Source of the DNA: Rhodospirillales bacterium
GTDB lineage: Bacteria > Pseudomonadota > Alphaproteobacteria > Rhodospirillales > JAPHRK01
Direction: 5' to 3'
NCBI GenBank assembly: GCA_026196105.1
Contig: JAPHRK010000002.1
Span: 140,566-204,565 of the forward strand
Length of the DNA: 64,000 bases
The first letter of the stretch is position 1. Each line of letters opens with the position of its first letter. Both the position numbers and the translations under genes were made by a program. Shown piece by piece: positions 37,790 to 45,461 of the stretch. Below the pieces are notes generated by a model. That model had not been told where the DNA came from, did no database searches, and saw only the letters and a program-made list of their open reading frames with translations.

Positions 37790-38890
37790 TTACCCGCGAC
37801 TAAACAGCGCCGCTATGCCTTCTTTCAAGGAACCTTCTTCCAATCGTTTAAGGCCGATTAAGCCTCCTAAGATGATGGAAGCTAAAGCGATCACAGAACC
37901 AACAGCTAGCGTTGACATGCCTGTAATGCCTTGCCCTATGGTGCACCCTAAAGCCAAAACACCGCCAATACCCATAAGAGCAGCGCCAAACATATGGCTA
38001 ATCATGTCGTCAGCAGAATTAAAGGATTCAATCCTGAACTGCCCCGCCAATTTAGCAGAAACAAATGACCCGGTAATAATCCCGCCGACTACAGCGATTC
38101 CAAAGTTAATTGTCGCTCCACTGAAGGTCATCAAATACTGAATGCTTTCCCCAACAGGGTTAACAAAGGTGAATGAGGCTAAAGGAGTTGGTTCAAAATC
38201 GTCGAAGCCAACGACACCCGTCACATACCATGCAACTGGAATTAAAAGTCCAATCAGGACTCCGGCGGCAACATCTCTACCAGAACTTCTGAACTCAGCA
38301 TCTTTAAAACAAAATGCTAAAATACCGCCTGCAATAACAAGAGTTACAACTGCTCTTGCGACATCAGGGGAAAGGCCAAAGGCTGCCAAAATACCTGGTA
38401 TACCTTGAGTTTCCAATCCCATCTCAGCCAAATCAATAACGGTGACGGCTTCTAATTCTACACGAGCCAAACCAATTAATCCGCGCAACGTCATGTAAGC
38501 AAAAATGCCGAGAATAAGAGCAACAATCACCGACTTTAGGCTTCCTGCACCGATACGAACCAAGGTTTTGTTCCCGCAACCGCCCCCCATGGTCATGCCG
38601 AATCCGAAAAGCAATCCACCAATAATAGCTCCGGCCCATCCTAGATTAGCTGATTGGTAAATCGATGTTGAAAGATCAATTATACCCGCCATATGGAGGC
38701 CTTGGCTTCCTAAGATCGCAATCGCAACTGCTAGCATCCAAGCGCGGAAGCGGTTCCAATCTTCCATATAGACGATGTCAGACAACGCCCCCATGGTGCA
38801 AAAATTTGTTCTCTGCGCAACGGCCCCAAAGACTCCGCCTAAGACGAAACCAAGTGTTGCGATAACTGTCCCAATGGGAAGCTCTTCCAT
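37790..38890 (-). CDS. YeeE/YedE family sulfur-compound (thiosulfate-type) transporter
   Basis: 366 aa, polytopic, two-fold internal repeat with conserved Cys (…RTNFCTMGAL…, …GGGCGNK…, …LALGCTIGQG…). Confidence 0.8.
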   Translation of the reverse strand: MEELPIGTVIATLGFVLGGVFGAVAQRTNFCTMGALSDIVYMEDWNRFRAWMLAVAIAILGSQGLHMAGIIDLSTSIYQSANLGWAGAIIGGLLFGFGMTMGGGCGNKTLVRIGAGSLKSVIVALILGIFAYMTLRGLIGLARVELEAVTVIDLAEMGLETQGIPGILAAFGLSPDVARAVVTLVIAGGILAFCFKDAEFRSSGRDVAAGVLIGLLIPVAWYVTGVVGFDDFEPTPLASFTFVNPVGESIQYLMTFSGATINFGIAVVGGIITGSFVSAKLAGQFRIESFNSADDMISHMFGAALMGIGGVLALGCTIGQGITGMSTLAVGSVIALASIILGGLIGLKRLEEGSLKEGIAALFSRG

Positions 38891-39016
38891 TTCCCGAACC
38901 CCTTTGTTGTTCTGCCCTGTATTTTTGGCGCGATTTTTATTATTTGCGCACTCATATTCGATTTAGTTTAATTAGAAATTTTTAATTTTCAATCGAATTG
39001 GCAAAAACAGCTGATT

Positions 39017-39883
39017 TTAGCGGGTAAAAAACAACCTACGCACCGTTTTCGTAGTAGCAAATATCACCACAGCAGCAGTTACATTCATTACTAACGCATA
39101 AATCACACTTGGAATTACCATCATGGTATTAGCCAAAAGTGTCGCTGCGACGAAAATTCCCATAGCCGCGTTTTGCAAACCACATTCAAGAGAAATCGCT
39201 ACGCTTTGGCCACGATCAAGATAAAGCCAACGAGCACCAAAGAATCCAGCCCCCATAGTGAGGATGTTCAATGCGACAACTGCGGGGCCGATTTCAACAA
39301 AATGATCTGTAATGCTGCCCCATTGTCCGGTAAAAGTCGCAGCGACAATCAAAACAAAAACAAAGGTCGCAGCTTTACGGGCTTTAGGCTCAATCCATAG
39401 AGCCCACATTTCTTTGTAATGACGTAATGCCATCCCTGCTAACAATGGCAGAGTCGAAATAACAAAAACACCTAGAACCATTTTCCCGATTGGTAGGTTA
39501 ACCATTTCAGTCATACCAACAAAATGGGCCAACCCAAGGTTTACAATCAAAGGAACAGTTAAAACTCCAACAAGGCTAGTTACAGCCGTCAAAGAGACTG
39601 ATAGGGCCGTATCACCCCGAGCCAAATGGGTGAGCAGGTTTGAAGTAATGCCCCCAGGACAAGCTGCTAGAATGACAATTCCTACAGCGAACTCAGGATT
39701 CATTGGAAAAATTATTGCAATGAAAAAAGCAATAAGGGGCAACAACACCATCTGGCTAGATAAGCCATAAATCATGGCCTTAGGATATTTAAGAACCCGT
39801 CTAAAATCATCGACCACAAGTGCTAACCCCATTGAGAACATGATGAAAGCAAGAGAAAGTGGGAGGAGAATCTGCGTAACCAT
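39017..39883 (-). CDS. Bile acid:sodium symporter (BASS) family transporter
   Basis: 288 aa, polytopic. ...LILAACPGGITSNLLTHLARGD... and ...ECGLQNAAMG... are BASS signatures. Confidence 0.85.
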   Translation of the reverse strand: MVTQILLPLSLAFIMFSMGLALVVDDFRRVLKYPKAMIYGLSSQMVLLPLIAFFIAIIFPMNPEFAVGIVILAACPGGITSNLLTHLARGDTALSVSLTAVTSLVGVLTVPLIVNLGLAHFVGMTEMVNLPIGKMVLGVFVISTLPLLAGMALRHYKEMWALWIEPKARKAATFVFVLIVAATFTGQWGSITDHFVEIGPAVVALNILTMGAGFFGARWLYLDRGQSVAISLECGLQNAAMGIFVAATLLANTMMVIPSVIYALVMNVTAAVVIFATTKTVRRLFFTR

Positions 39884-39965
39884 CGGGATCCTAATTATTC
39901 ACGATTTGAGACATTAACATCTAACCTATCATAACCTTTATGTAACCCCCTAAGTGAGCCAATAA

Positions 39966-39980
39966 CTATACAATTACCCT
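39966..39980. promoter_or_regulatory. 15-mer CTATACAATTACCCT, copy 1 (upstream of the BASS gene)
   Basis: Exact repeat of 43884-43898. Both copies lie upstream of minus-strand genes, in the same orientation. Confidence 0.35.
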
Positions 39981-40177
39981 TCAATTACTCTAAAGTTGAA
40001 AAACGTCAGTTTTCGTAGGTAACAAAGCTGTAGGTGGATTGATATTCTACTCAAAATTAATTGACAGTAGCCAAGATGCAGGTACTTTAGAATAATCTAA
40101 AAGATTGATATAACACTATTGATCTCTAAAATATAAAGCACATATTAAAAATGCTGCAGAGCTTTTAAGGAGTTTCC

Positions 40178-41278
40178 GTGAATCGGGTCGCAATTATCAG
40201 TGGGGACGATACTTTTAGGGGACAATTAGTTTCTGTCCTTGGTTCTTATTATCATGTTTTTCCATTTTCTGATCATTCTGAAGCCTTAGACGGGCTTCGT
40301 ACATTACAACCTGACGCAACCCTTTTAGATATCCATTTAGGAAAAGGGGGCGGTCTAAAACTCCTCCGTGAAGTTAGAGCTAATGCGCTGTTAAAGAAAC
40401 TGCAGGTCGTTGTTGTTACCGACAACACCAAGCCTGCTTTATCTGATGAAATTAAATATTCTGGCGCTGATGATGTCCTCGTAAAACCTTTCCGTAAATC
40501 GTTCCTGCTTAAAGCTGTTACCCAGATGATTAACAGTAAAGTTGAGAAAGGGTGGGACGAGCTTCCTCAACTGCAACAAAGAGCTTTAAAAGAAACCGCA
40601 GGCGTTTTCAGGAACTGTTTTGCTGATGCAGATCACGACAACCCTCTGCCTATGGACCAAATTGAAAAAAGCTGTGCGCCTCTTATTGAAGCCATTAGCG
40701 ACAATCAAATCGGCGGTATTCTTCAAGGTGTTCAAGGGCATGATGATTACACCTACGTGCACTCTCTAAGGGTTTCTATCTATCTCTCTCTCCTCGGTCA
40801 TGCCATGGGCATTCGGGGTGATGATATGATGATTCTCTCCAGCGGTGGCCTAATGCACGATATTGGCAAAGCTCGAGTCCCTCTTGGTATTCTCAACAAA
40901 CCAGGACGGTTGACCGAAGAGGAATGGCCAAAGATGTCTGCCCACGTGCTCCATACCAGCAAAATTTTGAACAACACAGAAACCATCCACCCAGGCATTC
41001 GAATTATTGCTGAACAGCATCATGAAAAACTAGACGGAACGGGTTATCCTTATGGGCTCAAAGGCAAAGATTTAAACAGCTTAGCGCGCATGGCGTCGAT
41101 TGTAGATATTTATGGCGCTTTGACCGACGAACGGGTCTATAAAAAAGCCATGCCTGCTGAAAAAGCTATATCCATCCTTATGGAAATGGAAAACGAGTTG
41201 GATATGGGAATGTTGAAGGTTTTCCAAGAACTGCTTCTGGACAACACAACACCCTATGAAAAGGTTGAGGCGGAATAA
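40178..41278 (+). CDS. Response regulator: REC domain + HD-GYP phosphodiesterase domain
   Basis: 366 aa. REC (…TLLDIHLG…VKPF…), HD-GYP (…HSLRVS…HDIGKA…EQHHEKLDGTGYPYGL…). GTG start. Confidence 0.85.
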   Translation: MNRVAIISGDDTFRGQLVSVLGSYYHVFPFSDHSEALDGLRTLQPDATLLDIHLGKGGGLKLLREVRANALLKKLQVVVVTDNTKPALSDEIKYSGADDVLVKPFRKSFLLKAVTQMINSKVEKGWDELPQLQQRALKETAGVFRNCFADADHDNPLPMDQIEKSCAPLIEAISDNQIGGILQGVQGHDDYTYVHSLRVSIYLSLLGHAMGIRGDDMMILSSGGLMHDIGKARVPLGILNKPGRLTEEEWPKMSAHVLHTSKILNNTETIHPGIRIIAEQHHEKLDGTGYPYGLKGKDLNSLARMASIVDIYGALTDERVYKKAMPAEKAISILMEMENELDMGMLKVFQELLLDNTTPYEKVEAE

Positions 41279-41281
41279 AAG

Positions 41282-41503
41282 TCAGATCTCTAAAATAGCG
41301 ACCGTTTCACCTTCACTGACTTTTTCACTTTCAGAAAAATAAACCTCGACAATGGTCCCATCCACAGGGGCTGTGACGGGGATTTCCATTTTCATGCTTT
41401 CTAAAATGAGGATAGCATCGTCTTCTTCAACTTTAGCTCCAGGCTGAGTGACAACCTTCCAAACCACACCTGCAACTTCAGCTTTTACTTCAATTTTAGC
41501 CAT
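41282..41503 (-). CDS. Stand-alone biotinyl (BCCP-like) domain protein, 73 aa
   Basis: Biotinylation motif ...LESMKMEIPV... in a lipoyl/biotinyl fold-sized protein. Confidence 0.85.
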   Translation of the reverse strand: MAKIEVKAEVAGVVWKVVTQPGAKVEEDDAILILESMKMEIPVTAPVDGTIVEVYFSESEKVSEGETVAILEI

Positions 41504-41524
41504 TATACTGTTGTTTTCCTTGCG

Positions 41525-43051
41525 TTATAAAGTCAACGGCCAGGTTTCCATGAGATGCTCACCGATTCCTCCGTCCGGCCGACGGCGATGAACCTCCAGC
41601 ATATCAGAAATCCATTTCCTGGTTTCCCGAGGGTCAATGACGGTCTGAGCTAAAAAGGGCGCAGCAAGATCATAAGCTGATGACCCACGGGCCATTTCTT
41701 CAGTCAATTGCTTATACCGCTCAGGGTCATCTTTATATTTCAAACCGTGGACAACACTTACGGCAATTGCCGGGTCGACAAAGCCTATTTCGCCAGTAAA
41801 CCAAGCCGCCATTTCATCCACCCTGCCCCCACCCATATTAAGGTAGGCCTGCCCAAATGACTTACGCATAACAATGGCGAGCTTTGGCACAGTGCAAAGC
41901 TCTAAGGCTTGAAGAAAATTCATAATCTTACCGGGAATTTTTTGCTTCTCCCCTTCAACCCCGATGAGGAAACCAGGGGTATCAGCCATCAAAACCAAGG
42001 GCACATTAAAGCTATCGCAGAGGGCCAGGAAAGCACATATCTTATCGCAAGAATCCGCGTCCAAAGCCCCACCTTTAAACTTGGGATTATTGGCAACAAT
42101 TCCGACAGTCTGCCCGTTAAGCCGGGTAAGCGCTGTCACGACTGCTTTGCCAAAGCGTTCTTTAAGAGGGAAATAACTGTCTTTATCGACAAAGGCTTTA
42201 ATAATCTTACGAACATCGTAGGTTTTAGACCGTTCCTCAGGCAAAAGCTCTAAAATATTCTCTTCGCCTCCCGAACCAGCAGGAACGTCCGTGACAGGAG
42301 GAAGCTCACCGTTATGACTAGGGAGATAAGAAAGGAATCGTTTGATCGCTGAGAGCGCCTCTAGATCGCTGTTAACGGCTAAATCAACCTGACCAGTCAC
42401 CCCAGTCTGCATCATCCAGCCTCCAAGCTCCTCGTCATTCACTTCTTCAGCCGTGGCAACAGTTGTTACCCTATTTGAGGAAACCGCCATCACCGCCCCT
42501 TTGCGCATAACAACGAAATCAGACATCACCGCATTCCAGGTGGACCCACCATAGCTTTGCCCAAGGACAGCACTGGCATAAGGCACCTTACGGCGACGAT
42601 TATAAGAGCCAATGGCAGCGATACCGCCAATACCAGAGGCCCCCATGATCTCAGGCATTCTGGCCCCAGAACATTCACCGAGATGAATAATTGGTATTCC
42701 ATTCTTTTGGGCAGATTTAGAGAGATGACCGTATTTCTTGGTTGCTGTGATAGCAGAAGACGCCCCTAAGGTGGTGAAGTCACTGGCCGACACAGCAATC
42801 ATGCGCCCATCTATTTTGCCATAACCCGTGACAACGCCATCTGCTGGAGATTTTTCAGAATCGGCGGGGCTATAAGAATGAGCAAAAAGGCCTAATTCGC
42901 TGAAAGAATCTTTATCTAAAAATTCTTCCAGTCGTTCTCTGGCATTGAGAATTCCCGCATCGGCTCTTTCTTTGAGACGCTTGGGCGAGCCCATCGCACG
43001 GGCCTTTTTAGACCGACGCTCATGTTCAGAAATTTTATCTTCAAATGCCAT
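41525..43051 (-). CDS. Acyl-CoA carboxyltransferase (PccB / 12S / GcdA-type carboxyl transferase domain)
   Basis: 508 aa with a two-lobed CT layout (…DFTTLGASS…, …GECSGARMPE…, …IVANNPKFKGGALD…, …LMADTPGFLIG…). The start abuts the SDR stop (TAGATG). Confidence 0.9.
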   Translation of the reverse strand: MAFEDKISEHERRSKKARAMGSPKRLKERADAGILNARERLEEFLDKDSFSELGLFAHSYSPADSEKSPADGVVTGYGKIDGRMIAVSASDFTTLGASSAITATKKYGHLSKSAQKNGIPIIHLGECSGARMPEIMGASGIGGIAAIGSYNRRRKVPYASAVLGQSYGGSTWNAVMSDFVVMRKGAVMAVSSNRVTTVATAEEVNDEELGGWMMQTGVTGQVDLAVNSDLEALSAIKRFLSYLPSHNGELPPVTDVPAGSGGEENILELLPEERSKTYDVRKIIKAFVDKDSYFPLKERFGKAVVTALTRLNGQTVGIVANNPKFKGGALDADSCDKICAFLALCDSFNVPLVLMADTPGFLIGVEGEKQKIPGKIMNFLQALELCTVPKLAIVMRKSFGQAYLNMGGGRVDEMAAWFTGEIGFVDPAIAVSVVHGLKYKDDPERYKQLTEEMARGSSAYDLAAPFLAQTVIDPRETRKWISDMLEVHRRRPDGGIGEHLMETWPLTL

Positions 43052-43822
43052 CTATCGAAGAGTCACACTGCCGCCATCAAGGGCTAAAATAGTTCCCGTA
43101 ACAAAAGCAGAAGCCCGTGATGCCAAATAGATTGCTGTACCAGCCATATCTTCAGGAGAACCAATCCGTCCCCGAGGAACCCGGGCTTCAATTTGTTTGC
43201 GGAAATCTTTCAAGGTCGCCGCCATCATTTCACTCTCAAAAGGCCCTGGTGCAATGGCATTGGCAGTTATGTTATCTGCTGCTAAGCGCGAAGCCAGAAC
43301 CCTAGTTAACTGGTGCACAGCGGCCTTACTCGCTGGATAAGAGAACGTACTTTGAAACGGAATTCCTAAGCCATCAATAGAACCAATGTTAATAATCCGT
43401 GCAGGATCTTCTGCAGTCCCTGAGGCTCTTAGTTCTGGAAGTAGTTTTTGGGTAAGGAAGAAAATAGATTTAACATTTAAATCCATCACCTTGTCCCAGC
43501 CAGCCTCAGGAAATTCATCAATTGGCGCGCCCCAGGCAGCCCCTGCATTATTGACAAGAATATCGAGGGATTTTTCACGTTTTTTGATTTCTCCTGCTAG
43601 ATACTCAACCCCTTCCATGTCAGCAAGGTCAGCCGGAATCGAAATGCATTCCCCTGTTTTTGAGAGTTCAGCAGCAACTTCATCACAAACTTCGGCTTTA
43701 CGCGAAGAAATATAAACTTTTACGCCATTCTCAACATAACCTCTTGCGATCATTAGCCCAATGCCACGAGAACCGCCGGTTACCAAAGCAACTTTACCTT
43801 CTACAGAAAACAAATTCTTCAC
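43052..43822 (-). CDS. Short-chain dehydrogenase/reductase (SDR)
   Basis: TGGSRGIG and YPASK (YxxxK). GTG start. First gene of the SDR-CT-BCCP operon. Confidence 0.9.
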   Translation of the reverse strand: MKNLFSVEGKVALVTGGSRGIGLMIARGYVENGVKVYISSRKAEVCDEVAAELSKTGECISIPADLADMEGVEYLAGEIKKREKSLDILVNNAGAAWGAPIDEFPEAGWDKVMDLNVKSIFFLTQKLLPELRASGTAEDPARIINIGSIDGLGIPFQSTFSYPASKAAVHQLTRVLASRLAADNITANAIAPGPFESEMMAATLKDFRKQIEARVPRGRIGSPEDMAGTAIYLASRASAFVTGTILALDGGSVTLR

Positions 43823-43883
43823 GTTGATATTCTCCCAAACAAACGTTTATGTTTTTAACTTTTCGGTATGTTTACTTTATTGC

Positions 43884-43898
43884 CTATACAATTACCCT
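43884..43898. promoter_or_regulatory. 15-mer CTATACAATTACCCT, copy 2 (SDR / double-TetR divergent region)
   Basis: Exact repeat of 39966-39980. On the minus strand it sits inside TTGACAGGGTAATTGTATAGGCAATAAAG, a possible promoter. Confidence 0.35.
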
Positions 43899-44038
43899 GT
43901 CAACGCCCTATATTTATCCTATTAAGGCATTAAAAAGCCTGTCACGACGAAAAAACCATGCTAGAAGACGTTGATTCCGTAAGGTAACTTAGCCCATGGA
44001 GATGGGAGCTTTAGGGAAAAAATCCGGGGAGGAATACT

Positions 44039-45283
44039 GTGTCCGATTGGAAAATTGGCGCTTTTGATCGTGAAGCACAGCACGAACTCAAAAGGCGCGT
44101 CTTACTTGACGAAGCATCTGTTTTGTTCAACCAACAAGGTTTTACTGGCACCACTCTTGATGAGGTTGCCAAACGACTAAACTTGACCAAAGCAGCTCTT
44201 TATTACTACGTAAAAAATAAAGAAGACCTTGCAGTTCAAAGCTATAATAGAACTTGCGAACTCCAAGCAGATTATTTGAAACGAGCAGATGAGTCAGGCA
44301 AAACCGGCCTGGAAAAAATTCATCATTACATTGAAAACAGTACCCAGAGTGACAACCCTCCATCAGCTATTTTAATGGAGGTTGCCGCTCTTAAAGAAGG
44401 CAATCGCAAACCGCTGCAAAAAGCGGTTCGTGCAAATGCAGTTGTTCTGCGCGGGTTTATTGCTCAAGGCATTAAAGACGGAACTATCACTGAATGTGAC
44501 CCTACTATGGTGTCCTTGGCGATTATTGGTTCTCTTTCTTGGATGCACAAATGGGTGGACGTTAAACAAGAAGCCATTGAGGAGGTCGGTAAAGGGCTCG
44601 TTGATCTCTTTATAAACGGTATGGCACCTCAAGGAGCTACAGTCACCAGCTCACCCAATGTCGATGCTTCATTTACTGCCAAAGCTCATACGGAAATTTT
44701 TGACCGTACAGAGCAGGCCCGCCTTAAACGTGAAGCCCTTCTGAAAGCAGCAACAAACTCTTTCAATCAAAAAGGTTTCACAGGGACATCGCTTAATGAT
44801 GTCGTGAAGACCCTAAATGTCTCAAAGGGCGCTTTTTATTACTATGTGAAGAATAAAGATGACCTTTTGTTCCAATGCCTGCAACGCTCCTTGGAACTCA
44901 TTGGTAAAACATTAAATCACTCAGAGAATGAAGGCACCACAGGACGTGAAAAGCTGGAAAGCTTATTACGAAATGGAATCGCTACTCACTGTGGCCCTGA
45001 AGGTCCTATTGCGGTCTTTACAGACTTAATGGCTCTGGAACAGGACCGTCGTGACGAAATCATTACCGAAGCTGTTAAATATCTCGCAATTCTTCAAGAG
45101 TTTATGGACACAGGCTTATCTGATGGCAGCATTCGTGAATGTTCCCGCCGGACAACGCTCTTTGGCGTTGTCGGCGCGATGAGTTGGTTACCAAAATGGT
45201 ATACGGCTGGGGGCACCCTGCCTCCCCATCAAATTGCGGCACAGTTCTGCAAGCTCTTTACATACGGGCTAAAACCTAGATAA
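44039..45283 (+). CDS. Tandem (duplicated, single-chain) TetR family regulator
   Basis: 414 aa containing two complete TetR units. HTH1 is ...FNQQGFTGTTLDEVAKRLNLTKAALYYYVKNKEDL. HTH2 is ...FNQKGFTGTSLNDVVKTLNVSKGAFYYYVKNKDDL. Each unit has its own ligand-domain tail (GSLSWMHKW / GAMSWLPKW). GTG start. Confidence 0.85.
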   Translation: MSDWKIGAFDREAQHELKRRVLLDEASVLFNQQGFTGTTLDEVAKRLNLTKAALYYYVKNKEDLAVQSYNRTCELQADYLKRADESGKTGLEKIHHYIENSTQSDNPPSAILMEVAALKEGNRKPLQKAVRANAVVLRGFIAQGIKDGTITECDPTMVSLAIIGSLSWMHKWVDVKQEAIEEVGKGLVDLFINGMAPQGATVTSSPNVDASFTAKAHTEIFDRTEQARLKREALLKAATNSFNQKGFTGTSLNDVVKTLNVSKGAFYYYVKNKDDLLFQCLQRSLELIGKTLNHSENEGTTGREKLESLLRNGIATHCGPEGPIAVFTDLMALEQDRRDEIITEAVKYLAILQEFMDTGLSDGSIRECSRRTTLFGVVGAMSWLPKWYTAGGTLPPHQIAAQFCKLFTYGLKPR

Positions 45284-45461
45284 CACCTCGCCTATTCCAT
45301 AATGGTCTCAATAAACTACATCAACAATCAAAGCCTTAAACCTGAAAAAGTGCGTTAAAGTTAGCTATATTTTGCTTGTCTGGCTTCTATATGTTAACCA
45401 ACTACTATAGGAATTAAAAAGCAACAACGCGCAATTTTTGCGCGACAATAAGGCAAAAGGT

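Noticed and set aside
37776-38408. 121-aa and 88-aa plus-strand ORFs opposite the YeeE gene
   Set aside because: They are Pro/Ala/Thr-rich mirror translations of a hydrophobic membrane-protein gene. The YeeE reading frame is the one with family features.
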